A DNA stretch of 61,637 bases, filler included, from Sluysia triapertura (Eukaryota): assembly GCA_046118255.1 (NCBI GenBank). It is 5 parts of 5 records of this genome, joined end to end, with 100 filler letters (N's around TTAATTAATTAA, not from the genome) between each part and the next. Parts side by side here need not be neighbours in the genome. Positions count along the whole stretch, not along the records: positions 1 to 10,851 come from JBJNIA010192639.1; positions 10,952 to 23,361 come from JBJNIA010112422.1; 3 more parts are not named here. The stretch is one strand, 5' to 3'. The notes below the pieces were generated by a model. The model worked only from the letters and a program-made list of their open reading frames with translations. It did no database searches and had not been told where the DNA came from. Shown here in pieces: positions 1 through 12,423 of this stretch (positions within the stretch are counted from its first letter, which is position 1; every line of letters begins with the position of its first letter). The position numbers were made by a program, and so were the translations under genes.

Positions 1-1748
1 CTTTAAGTGATTTTTACAGGTACGCCACAGATAAGTCGTATACTGTAAACGGACTCATAAATATTGATTATTTTTGCCGTAGGTAAGTCTTTAGGTTAAA
101 AAAGAACCCAGCAAGCAGTATAAAATATATTTTTTTAATAAGTTACGTCGTTTGTCAAAATAATGTCAATATTTATTTTAGATGTTCGTTTATCAAATAT
201 TCGCTTCTACTCAATCAGCATTTTCATTTGGTTAGTTTTGCATAAAATAAATAAATATTAACTCTTATGCAGTGGTGGGTTTCAAAAGTGCGATTAATGG
301 GTTCTATCACTGCAGTTGCCATAATGTTTACTGTTTACTATACTTTATATTTCATTTTGATATTAAGTAAATTTTTGAAATTGTTAAAAAATACTAAAAA
401 TGCTTTAAAACCTTCGCTACCGAGCAACACAATCAAACTTCTGCCTACGACATAATTCATAGTTGGAGGCGAACATATTAAAGTCTTTTATTCATAGTCT
501 TTCTTTTTTAAAAGTTCTTAATAGCTATTGTATTTAGCTTTGTTTTGTCTGAGGATTTTAAGCTGTGTTTTCACTAAAGGAGTGCTATCTCATAAATCCA
601 TTGAATACATCTAAGATTCATTTTCATGATCTTTTCTACGGTTTTCTTTTATCTTATTAGCAATAGTTTTGAGGAATTACCGGATTATGAAAATCTTTTA
701 GGGCACTTTTCACATAGTTACGAAAATCATAATGGTTATAGTAAAAAAATACGTTAATGTACCATTTTATTAGTTTATCGGCTATTAACAAAGTTATTTG
801 TTTCATATGAAGGGTATTAGCATGTAAAAAAATTGCATACTACATTTATCATCAATGTTAAGTTATACAAGTGTAAAATTTATAAAATAGGTTGATGCTT
901 GAGTAATAATAATAATTATTATTATCGTAATGTGGTTGTGCTTTAATCAGTCTCACGTTCTACTTCAATTTCAATCTCTAACTCTTCAAAATTTACCCTT
1001 ATAAAAAATCAAGTCTAGAGACTCAATTTCTTATTAATAAGTTCTCGATCTATGTAAAATTTAAAGTCTGTATTTCTTTAATCATTTTACCACTATAAAA
1101 ATATCGTTCACTTTAGCTTTTGTGCTTCTTTGTCCAACTGGAAACTCGAATTATTAATCTGATTATTAATGTTCATTTCCTATCATTACAATTATTCACT
1201 ATTTTAACATTATAGAATACAAATATTTTATACATACATTCCTACAAATTATTTATTTTAATCTAGTTACCTTCAGTTGAAAAATTTTTTACATACAAAT
1301 TTTATTTATTATTTTTTCACCCATGATTTACTACTAATTATTTATGACTCAATTAATAATTCTTTTCTAATTTTTCAAAAATTACTTATATTTAGTTATT
1401 CATTATTCATTTATACATTTAAAATATTTGATTAAACATTTGATTATTTAAAACATTATTTCACCATTCAGCGTTCTCGTTATTTCAGCAGACACAAGCA
1501 CTTATTTCAAACATAGCATTTAAGCATAACATTTATTCATTTATTACATTCAAAATATATTTCTTTAAACATTTTAAAAATATTTTAAACAGACATTCAA
1601 AGCGTTTATCATCCAAACATTACATTATTTATATTAGAGGATTATTTTCGTGATTTATTTATCCAAGCGTTTGGTTATAGTATTTTTATCTTCAAACATT
1701 CGATAATTACGTGAATTACATTGTATTTAATTGTGAAAATATAAACAA

Positions 1749-2979
1749 TCATAGTATTACTCTGTACTTACATTGAGTATTACATTGTGAATGTTCTTGG
1801 TGTGGGTACATTACATGATAATCTTGTAGTGGATATATTCTATTTTCGTCAGATATTTCTAATAGTTCTTTTATTAGTTTTTCTCTAAAATTTATATGTG
1901 CACCGTTGGAAGTTGCATACTTTTTATAAATGAAATAGGAATTCCAAAGTGCCAGGTCCATTATATGGAAAATTATTTTCTTATACCATCTAATAGTCTT
2001 ACGCGGACAAGAATAGTTAGAAATCATTTGGTATGTGAGATCAATTTATTGTATTCAACGACCTCCAATAGTTTCTCTAATTCTTGTCCGCATCGGTTCC
2101 TGGAGGATATTTTTTGTGGATGATATCATATAGTTATGCAGAACACATGCCTGTTGTCTCTCCATTTTGAAATATAAATATCACCTTGCCGTTTCCACAT
2201 ACGTTCGGATGTTTTTAATTTTTGTCATAATATCTTTAGGGTTTCCCACTCTATTGGAACGCAACGTTCCAGTCGAGTGCGTTTTTCGACAGTAGAAGTT
2301 TAGACAGTTGGATTAAATTATAGTAATTGTCCATAAATAAATGGTATCCCTTGTTTAAATACGAATTCATTTTACGAAGAGCTGAATTGGAAATTACTCC
2401 GGCATTATAGTCCTCCGTTTTTCCTTTATATATCTCGATGTTCAATAGAACGTAAAAATTTTGTTCAAATCTTCTATCTGACAGGTGTTCCAAAAATATC
2501 GAATGATAATATTAAGAATCATATGTAAATAGTTTGCGGACTGATGGACATTTTATTTGTCCCAGCAACAAACATAGACCCAGAAATACGTTTAGTTCTT
2601 TCCTTGTCACGGATTTAAAATTTGTTTTCCTATTGTGTCTAGTATAGGACACTATTTCCGTAACTATTTGTGCAATTTATAATTAAATTCATTATTTCTT
2701 CATCAAAAAAATTGAAAAATATTTCTGATGGTGTTGAATTTTCGTTACAGTCAAATTTTAGTATCATCAAAATTAAAATTTTTAGTGGATCGTATATTAT
2801 CGTGCCACAAATCATCAATACATTATTCTGAATTAGTAGGAGTATTATCAATATCAGATTTTTCATTTTCCGTTTTACATTCGTTGTCACTTTCTAATTC
2901 TTCACTTTCATTATATTCACTGTCACCGGAATGCCTCTTCAAATAGCTTCATTAAACGTTTTTCATCATTTTTATCCAT
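1749..2979 (-). mobile_element. piggyBac (PGBD-like) transposase remnant, frameshifted and partly deleted
   Basis: Minus-strand pieces occur in piggyBac order. There is an acidic N-terminus from ATG 2979, then PSEIFFNFFDEEIMNLIINCTNSYG (ORF 2639-2890), IYKGK...LNKGYHLFMDNYY (ORF 2251-2493) and YSCPRKTIRWYKKIIFHIMDLALWNSYFIY (ORF 1749-2027). These are typical DDE_Tnp_1_7 motifs. Confidence 0.9.
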
Positions 2980-4615
2980 ACTGTTATGATAAATGTTTAG
3001 TAATAGTGTAAATATTATTTAGTAATATTAAAATTGAGTCGTTAAATTATTGTTAATATTAAAGTTAAAATCTGTATAAAATTATTATTAAAAAATTATA
3101 TTATAGAAAAATATTATACGAATTAAAAATTAATAATAAACAATAAGTGAATAAAATAATTGTAATTAAAATTAAGAGAGAAAAATAATAACATATATAC
3201 TATGAAATAATAACAGACTATAGTGTATATGAAATCAGCCTATAGTGTAAATGAAATAATATTAAAAAAGTAATTACACTATATATTGGTGTATTGAAAA
3301 ACTGAAAAATGTCATTATTATGGAAAGAATCAAGTATAAATAGACGGGTTTCATTCAATTTGCAGTTATTATTTGGAGAATATTTGTTGAAGAAGAAGCT
3401 ACTCATTGAAGATATCAAAACTATTGTTCGAGTTCAAGGTATTTATTATATCCAACTCTAGGTATTTGAACAATTGACATTTTACAATTTAAAAACCATT
3501 AATATTTGATTTTGACTGAATTTTCATCAGAATAACATTTAAAATAACTCAAGTATTAAATTTAAATTTAATTTTAAAAGAAGTTTGTAAGCACCCAAAA
3601 TATAACTACATGTGGTACATTCTACATTGTGAATATTATTCGAGCTATTTTTGTTGACTTTGTATTTGTTACTAACATTTGATAAATAAACTTTTAGTGA
3701 GTTTAGTTTATATTATTTGTTTCATAATCAGGATTTGTTAAATAATATACTCATGCTTATTGAGTCTAAAATTAATTTAATAATTTGGATAACAAATGTA
3801 TCAAGATAACTAATAATTTGAGTACCTATTAAGGTAAATAAACTATTAAAAATTTTGTACATTAATGAGCAATTATTATACGCTAATGTGTTCCGTTAGT
3901 TTATAAACAAGTATAAAATTATACCATAATAATAAATAAACAATATTAACAATAATAAGTCTCTTGAGATTGTAAATCTAGATGTCCATACAAAATAATT
4001 GTAAAAATTTAATTCCATTATATTGTTAATCCATGAAATTTTCACTTTTCTTTAAAAAATTAAATAAATGTAGCATTTTTTTGAATATAATGTACCACCA
4101 AAAGTATTTCTAGTATAATTTAGTATTTATCGTCGAAGAAGAAAGCTGGAAGGGACATATTTTTTAGGTTCTAATGTCACGGAAAATTTTAACAACTCAA
4201 ACCATCTAGAAAATGCTTAAGTATTAAAATTGCTTAAGATTTTGAAATGTATTTACATTCAAATTTTGTAGTTTATAATTTGTCAGTTTGCTGGATCGCA
4301 TTGTTCCTAAGTGATCTGATAAAGATAAATTTACAAAGCCGTGATAATCTTATGAAAATCTGGTTTAGTAAAGAAATTGGAAAATGATTAATTTGAATGT
4401 CTTACAAGGCAGTCAAAAATTGATATTATAGATTGTCTACAATGATTGGATGTTTGCTTTTTCATTTCGAGTGGGTTGATAAGATTTTAAATGTTATAAG
4501 AAGTACTATTATTATTACTTTTTTAATGCGCATCATTTTGGTTTGGCATTTATTTTGGAATACATTAACTAAATTTGTATATTTTATGAATAAAAATGTC
4601 ATTTTAATTTTTCAG

Positions 4616-4765
4616 TATTGTTGTTTATTTGTGGATTACTGGTAAATGGACCATATGCTTTAATTACAACAGCGGTAAGTACTGATTTAGGTACAAGTTG
4701 TGAATTGAAAACGTATCGTGCCTTGGCAACGGTTACTGCCATTATTGATGGTACAGGATCTATGG
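4616..4765 (+). CDS. SLC37A: SLC37A1/2-like sugar-phosphate exchanger (MFS), penultimate exon
   Basis: Bounded by ttcag and gttag. Translates to LLFICGLLVNGPYALITTAVSTDLGTSCELKTYRALATVTAIIDGTGSM-G, matching the SLC37A signature GPYALITTAVSADLG...ALxTVTAIIDGTGS. Confidence 0.93.
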
Positions 4766-4899
4766 GTTAGTTTGTAATTTTTAAATAGATTTTAAATTAA
4801 GATAAATTTGGACATTTATTTTCAATATATTATGTACAGAATAACGTTATCCTTAGGTGATTGAAAGATCAATATACAGTTTAATTGTAACACCTCTGC

Positions 4900-5900
4900 C
4901 AATTATATAACTTTTCATTTGAAAAGAAATTGTTGATCAAACAGTGTCTAACACGAACATGTTTCTGCTAACAAATTCTATAAACTTCAAAATTACTAAG
5001 CAAGATTTTTGGATTTACGTTTGTGTTAATTTCTTTTTAGGAATTATGATGGCCAAAAGTACGTCAGCCAAAGAGATTTGAATTCCTGAAACAGGCATAT
5101 CTTTTTTATTAAAATTGAAACTTTCGTACTAAAGGTAAAATAATATGATCCGAATTTACAAGTTTTTCTAATTTTGCCGCTACTTCCGCTTTGATAATAG
5201 AGCAACAAGAGACCCAACCAAGAAATATGCTTCTATAAATCTAGTTTGGGAACTTTTTATTCAGAATACCAAAACTTGCATTTCTCACTGCAGACGAATA
5301 ACTATGTAATAATCCTAATCGTTTTCTATTCAAATGTTATACCAACCAAACCAAGGAAATATGCAATCAAAATTTGATGTTTTTGTGATTCTATGAATTA
5401 ATACTATTATTGGCCAAATTTATGCTGTAAAAAATTCGGATTCTCGAGTGTAGTCGAAATTTTTTTGCATCGATGGGATTGGCAAGAAAAACTAAAATTG
5501 TTGGAGCTAATGTTAGATCAGAATTTTTATTCAATGACATTATCCTTGAGAATGATAAACCTGAAATTATTGAGTTATACAATTAATCGAAAGCTGTGTT
5601 ATATACTTTGAACCACCTTGTACGTTTCTACGGTACAAAGCGTAAAACTAGAACGTTTTGGATATTGCAGAATACTGCAGTCTTGTTCTCTTCGCAAAAA
5701 CCTATGTGGAGTATTTGCAAACCACAAAGAATATTCCTTTTGGATTTAGAAAAAGAATAGATTTCTACAGAATATGCATTCGCGAACAAAAAATAAAACA
5801 ATCCTAGAGAAACGCACATAAAGACACTATGTTTTTGACAATATGCGAAATACCTGTGCCTATATTCGTGTAAACTGAAAAATTGTAAAAATGTATTTTG
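4900..5900 (+). mobile_element. decayed piggyBac transposase fragment inside the SLC37A intron
   Basis: Shows LTADE (about 5284), KPRKYAIKI-like (about 5348) and KPEIIELYN*SKAVLYTLNHLVRFYGTKRKTR (about 5557-5652), with stops and frameshifts. Boundaries are approximate. Confidence 0.75.
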
Positions 5901-6754
5901 AAATAAATTTGTGCTTAAAAGATTTGGTTGATAAATTTTTTGCCAATCCCCTTTGAGGAAAAAATGCATTGCATGTTATTTTGCAACTTAGCATTAATAT
6001 TAAAACGAATATGTATGAGTTGTTTTTGAAAATTGCGCTTATCATCGATTTCTGTTTTTTTTTAAAATAAAGGATATAAACGTAAAACGATATTTATTTA
6101 GACAGAATTTTATCATTATTCCACATATTATTCCCACTTTATATGAAATGAAAAGATTTTGTATAATATATAGAAAATACTGCTTTATTTAGTATTACAG
6201 TTAGAACAATAAATGTTTCAATTCAATTCCGTATTAATTTTTAATATTTTAGGTAAATTCTATTGTGTAATCAATTTCTTGTAGTAAATATCATATTTGA
6301 TTTTAATATTGTCATTTAATTTTCATTTATAATATTGACTTAACCATATCACTATTTATTTATACATTCATTTTGTAGTTACGTGTACATTTTTATCACA
6401 TCTACATTAAAGACAGATTTTTTCGATCTTTCAGTGCTATCATATGATCCATAATTGTTAATTAAATATTATGAGTCATCCTCGATGTTTCTTACATTTT
6501 ATTTTTGTTTCCTTGATTTAAGAAGATTTTGAGATGCTCTGTTGATTTCAGAACTTTTAAGATATTTTTTTAAAGCTACGGAGATATTTAAAATATATTA
6601 AGATTATTCAAATTTACTTGTAAAATTACATTTTTGTTAATGTGGTATAACATTAGATTATTATTATTCTCATTATTTCACTTTTCGATTAATACTATGA
6701 CAATAGTCTTATTAATTTTGTAATTTATTAAACTAAATTATTTTTTTACAACAG

Positions 6755-7029
6755 GTGCTGCATTAGGTCCTTTTTTAACTGGTTGGATTGTACCATATGG
6801 ATGGAATAAAGTATTTCTTATGCTCATAGTAGCCGATATTTTTGCTTTAATAACAATGTGCTACATAATATTTTCAAATATGATGATCAAATTGCGTACT
6901 CGTGCTGATAAAATTAAATTCATTAAATATTTAACGAAACTACTTCGAACCAGAATTTTTATTGTTTTTTCATTTATTATCAGTTTAAGTTTTATTATTT
7001 TCGGTGTTTATCAGTTGAAGAAAAAATGA
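6755..7029 (+). CDS. SLC37A: SLC37A1/2-like sugar-phosphate exchanger, terminal exon
   Basis: The acceptor acag|GT completes the phase-1 Gly from the previous exon. Reads GAALGPFLTGWIVPYGWNKVFLMLIVADIFALI...YQLKKK*, in frame with ORF 6820-7029. Confidence 0.9.
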
Positions 7030-8590
7030 TTAAACTGGTGTTTAGTTTATTTCTTAATTTGTAACTAGTTTTAAAATACTATTAAAATTATGTGTGACCT
7101 CTTTTTTTGTTTGTTTGTTAAGTATTATGAATTTGATTTTTATTTTTAAAATTGTGTAAATTCGTAAATGAGGCAGAATAATTTAATCCGATTGCTGAAA
7201 ATAAAAATACCTCTACACAAGTATGTAGTCAAAATTATACTCAAAATTCAGGGCTTACAGTACGTAATATAACAAAATAAAAATATATTAAAAGAGGCTA
7301 GCTAACTAACGACACTAATAATAATATCACTAGAATTTAATCAGATACTGAAAGTCATGCATCAATCACGATGTGTTGGAGCAGCTTTCATGCAGAAAAT
7401 GAAGTTTTACTTAATCGTTTTCCTGTTACTTATGTTTTCTGCATAATTAACAAAAATGAGATCGCTGCAGAAGTTTAAAAGTGGAAATTAGTAGTAACTA
7501 CTTATTCTTTTGAGTCGTATATAATTAAATTTCATTAAAAATTTCCCTTGAATTTCTGTTGACTTCCAACTTATAATATCTGAGCAATTATCTAAAGTTG
7601 ATGGTATTTGTGACAAATAATACCCTTACTTTATTATCACATTAGAATTATTAAGCTTCTCGTCACAACCTTTTAAACTTTAAAAAATAATGTTAATTTT
7701 CGAAAAAAGAAAAGATTTTCTAGAACATTTATAAGTTTGTAGCTATATAAGTTAACAATAATTGGGTACAGTTAACTGTCAATTAAAATTCAGCTATAAG
7801 AATGAGATTAATTTTTCAGAATTTATGTTTGATCCTTATTAAAATGGATCAACAAAAAACAAGGTATTTTTCTACCGATATAAAATCAATTGGTGATTAA
7901 TTAACGATCGAGTTTATGAATTTTGTAACTAGCGACTATGATTAATAATGAATTCAACAGTTAGTATTTTAGTCGTGATTAAATACACTAAAATTTAATT
8001 CGATAAATTTGTCTAATATGAAACTATAGTGATAATGAATAAGTTTAGTGATAATAAACAAAATTGAGAGATGCTATTTTAATTTAACAGATTATTATTG
8101 AAATAATAATACAGCGATTTCTAATAAATTTTTACTTTAACGATCGAACCGTATTAAAAGATTTGAAAAGATATGATACTTTAAGCAAATGTTTCAAACT
8201 TTATGAACAAAAACTAACGATTAATCTTCAGCAATTACGCCTTCTTGAATGATCACAAATTTTTCCGAATCTTATGTTTTCCTCGTTTCAAATTCAATTA
8301 AATTTTTTAACGAATAATAAAAACTTTTCCAGTAAAATTCCGATAGAATTATCTGTTAAAATTTCGTTAAAATTGTTCGTTATTAAAATATTACTGTTTC
8401 ATTGAACCTTTACACTCAGTTTTATCGCTCTAGATTAAATGCTTTAATACGACTAAATTATGTCTATTTTATTATTTATTCAGTTTTATTTCTCTGAATT
8501 ATTATTATATTATTCATCATTATTATTAATAATAAATTTATTAATCGTTAGTTTTTATTAATCCGTTACTCATAACAGATATGAAGTACG

Positions 8591-9360
8591 TTGAAGAGTA
8601 AGAAAATCGAAAGTAACATTACTTTATTACAAGAACGGCCACTTTACGATGTAACCGGACCCAGCTAAAATTTATTTTGCCGTAGGTTAAGAATTACGAA
8701 ATCCACAGCAGAAGTTAAACTTGACTTGATAATAAATGTTAGGATTTTTAAGCGTTAAGGTAAAAAATATTTTGTTAAAAATCCGTTTATTGTTGAATTT
8801 AAAATTAAAATAAATGTATTATTAAATTTAAGCGTAATTGTTAAAATTTAATCTCAACGATAAATTCTTAACTTTATCTCAATATATCAAGCAATTTACT
8901 ACTATTATTTCAACGTAAAGACATGAATTTATACGAGTGAAACTAATAAATAACTAGTCAAACCTGTTTTTATGCAGGAGATAGGGACCCTATAAAAATT
9001 CATAAAAATATGCCGAAACTTAGAAAATAGCTTTAAAATATTTTGTTTTGCAAAAAAATCAAAAAAATATCGCACAAAACAGGTGCTTTATTAATTAATA
9101 ACCAAAATTAATTAATTAGTTTATTAAATAATTACGCATGTAACTAATAGGCCGAACCAAAAAATGTACGATGTTCAGTAATTCAAAATAAAATTTAATA
9201 ATTAAAACAATATCAATACAGAACTATGAATAATGTATTTGGAGGACTGCGGTCTTCTTAACTCGTAATCTACGGCAAAATAAATTTTGGCGTGGTCCGG
9301 TTACTGTAAACAACTTACAATGTAAAGTGGGCATTCCCGTTCGATTTTCTTACACTTCAA
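8591..9360. repeat. inverted pair of a dispersed ~110-bp repeat (MITE-like arrangement)
   Basis: 8591-8710 (ttgaagagtaagaaaatcgaa...cactttacgatgtaaccggacc...aaaatttattttgccgtag) is the imperfect reverse complement of 9245-9360. Related pieces lie at about 30-115, 30211-30292 and 52954-52980. Confidence 0.75.
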
Positions 9361-10485
9361 AATACTGCTAGAAAGTTGCAGGGTCATATTCCTCAGAAAT
9401 TTCAAATAAAACTTTTTTTAATATAAATTCTTGTAATTACTTTGCTTTAACGCCACAACTTCAACACTTTGATAAAATGATTATATATCCTGCAACTAAA
9501 TCACAAACCGAATAACAAATACAAATCTTAATGTAATTAAATTTTTAATAGCAAATTTTGGCTTTTTAATTAATTACAAATTATTATTAATAGTAAAGAA
9601 ATAAAAAAATAAAACAATTTAAAATTAAAACCTTTGTAAGGTCTTTAATTTTTTTTATAAATATAAAGTATTTGAGAAATGATTTTATCCCTCAGTAAAT
9701 CGGATGATCAGTAGATGTTATGTTGAAGTAAGAACAAATAATAGTTCGCAAACACTATTGTCGGTTTAGCGAAAAACAAATTTAAGGTTTAATAGATCAA
9801 ATCTTTTGTCATTATAAATGTTTTCTCATATTTTTATTTAGTGTATTTCAACTTAGGGTAAGTCGACTTCTCACTAATCTTAATAATAAAATCATGCACA
9901 TACGAAGCATTAATGAAAGTGATAAAATAATTATAAACGAAGTAAAAGCTAATTTTATAAATTTAAATATCAAATACCTCGTATTCAAGTTGAAATAAAC
10001 CTACGCCGGAGTTTAGTATCAAAAGTAGTTTCAAATATAAGGATAACTATTAGATCAAAAAGTAAAATGAAGAAAGATACTAATAATACTGTTTATTCCT
10101 CAACAAGAAATATAAGATGAAAAAGAAAAATTGAGCACTTTCTATAATAATGTAATCTTAATAAGGCTTACTCATAAAGTACTTGTAAATATTTTAAGGT
10201 CTTCTCTCATAAACTATGCAAATATGCTGCAAGTGTTTTATCTTAAAATTAACTTACTTACAAAATATCTAAGGGTCAGATTCCGCCTAATATCCACGCT
10301 TTATACCAATTCTGGAGACGTGTTATTAGGATTTATCAAAACTTACGTTAAATATAATAATGCCTTAAAAACTCAATATTAAAACTTACTCTCTTAATTA
10401 CTTCAAATTGAACTTAATATTAAAACTTAAGCTATGCTACTTAATAATTCGAAACTTTATGTTATGTTATATTTTGATTATGTCA

Positions 10486-10660
10486 CACTAGCCATCTTAA
10501 GGTCTAGTTCAAATAAAAAATTATAAGTACCACAAGCCTTCTTAAGGTCTTGCAGAAAAACGTTTTAAAAATTTTAATTAATTACTCTAGCCTTTTTAAG
10601 GTCTAGATCAAAAATAATAAACGAATTTAAAAATTTCACTAGCCATATTAAGGCCTAGTG
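10486..10660. repeat. array of four 23-bp hairpin repeats with non-repeated AT-rich spacers
   Basis: Units: cactagccatcttaaggtctagt (10486), cacaagccttcttaaggtcttgc (10531), ctctagcctttttaaggtctaga (10585), cactagccatattaaggcctagt (10637). Confidence 0.85.
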
Positions 10661-10851
10661 TCGAGAAAGAAATTTATTTTATGTATTAATAAAAACAAAT
10701 CCACACCTTAACGTATATTAATACAAAACTTATAAAAATGCTCAAAACAAATAATTAATCCGCAAACAAAATAATGTAAGAATGTACATAAATTTTTAAA
10801 TTTTTATTTGTATTTTTTAAAAATTTTTAATTTTTAAATTTATAAAAATAT

Positions 10852-10951
10852 NNNNNNNNNNNNNNNNNNNNNNNNNNNNNNNNNNNNNNNNNNNNTTAAT
10901 TAATTAANNNNNNNNNNNNNNNNNNNNNNNNNNNNNNNNNNNNNNNNNNNN
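10852..10951. other. artificial contig linker (N44-TTAATTAATTAA-N44)
   Basis: Identical 100-nt N block with an all-frame stop cassette. Confidence 0.98.
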
Positions 10952-11237
10952 ATGTTTGCATTAATTAATATTTATGCAGGATAAAAAAATTATTTGCCAC
11001 ACACCTAAAGAAATAATTATCTTAGTTTTGGTTTTTCATATGTAAAATTATTGCAGAAAAATTATTTATTACAGATTTAATATAAAAAATGAGATTAATT
11101 GATTTTCTTAATTTTAAAAATTTTAATTTGTTAAGTTAGTATTATTTTTATATACTTTTTTAAAATATATCTAATTTATTTACCTAATCTATTTTTAGTA
11201 TGTCAAAATTTGTGTTTAACTTTTAAACAAGATAAAA

Positions 11238-12423
11238 ATGATTAATATATCTAGCAAAGGCGACGAATTGTTAGAAACTCGTTTAAGTAATATTTTAGTA
11301 TTGTGATAAAAGTATATGATATAGATGAGGTTACAAATCCTTTAAATCCTACTTTTAATGAACAAGCAGCAATTGCGTTTTGTGAACAAGTTATTAAGGA
11401 AGTTGAAGGTCATCAAGTTGCTGTTCGTTTGTTGGCACATAAAGTGCAGTCTCCACAAGAAAAAGAAGCTCTTTATGCATTTAATGTACTTTTTAAAATT
11501 TTAATTGTTAAATTTAGTTAATTGATGAATGCGTCCGCCGATGTGGTTCAAAATTTCATCAAGAAATAGGAAAATTTAGATTTTTAAATGAACTTATTAA
11601 GATAATTTCTCCAAAAGTATGTTTGTTTAAATTTCACATTATGTCTTTACAGTATTTAGCTCGTAGTATGTCATCATCAGTTAAAATAAGGTGCACAGAA
11701 TGCCTTTATTGTTTATATAAAGGTTTACCTCATGAAACGAAAATTGCTGAGGCTTATAATATGTTGAAAAAACAAAAAATAATCCAGAAAGATCCAACAT
11801 ATATGGACAGTAAAGTAATAACTTTTTCAAGCATTTATAATTCAAATAGATATTTAGAGCCGATTGCAATGTTAAAAAACCTAATAGTATATTTGATAGT
11901 AGTAAAGAATCAGAAGTTAGTTTAATTACGTTGAATAATTAATTAAATTGTGGATTATGTAATAAGTGTACTTAATTATTACTTTTTAACATTTTATCTA
12001 GAAGTTATCGCGATTACTGAAAAGCAGAAACCCTGATGATTTGAGAGAAGCAAATCGTATAATTAAGAGTATCGTGCACGAAGTTTGTTATTTTAATTAC
12101 AAAAATCTACTTTTTCGAAATTATACTGCAATAACTTTGTAATATTAATTGAATATTTTGTCACTAATATGTCAAAAAATATTGTTACAATATTTAATAC
12201 AATAAAACTGTGTAGTATTTTTATTTTGAATTAAGAATATTTTATAATAATAAATTATTGGTCATTAAACAAAATTTTATTTTAGGATAATCAACGAATG
12301 GAGATGTTATCAAAACGTGCTCTAGAAATCGAAACAATGAAAAATAATATAAAATTGCTAAGTGAAATGTTAGGATGTTACAATGTGAATGAAACCACGA
12401 CTGATGATATGGATATTATGAAG
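11238..12423 (+). CDS. GGA: GGA (ADP-ribosylation factor-binding, Golgi-localised gamma-ear adaptor), exons 1-7: VHS domain and start of GAT domain
   Basis: Exons 11238-11286, 11325-11485, 11518-11616, 11653-11814, 11850-11915, 12002-12082 and 12286-12423 are all GT-AG and stay in frame. Spliced product includes LETRLNEVTNPLN, AVRLLAHKVQSPQEKEAL, CGSKFHQEIGKFRFLNELIKIISPKY, ETKIAEAYNMLKKQ, KLSRLLKSRNPDDLREANRIIKSIVHED and NNIKLLSEML. Confidence 0.95.

Noticed and set aside
267-455. Hydrophobic ORF as an upstream SLC37A exon
   Set aside because: No recognisable SLC37 motif in any frame.
10486-10660. True CRISPR array
   Set aside because: The context is eukaryotic with spliceosomal introns, there are no cas genes, the repeats are too divergent and the spacers are low-complexity. 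Kept only as a hairpin array.
10852-10951. TTAATTAATTAA palindrome within N runs (four occurrences)
   Set aside because: Identical synthetic all-frame-stop linker. It is not biological, and synteny across these points is meaningless.
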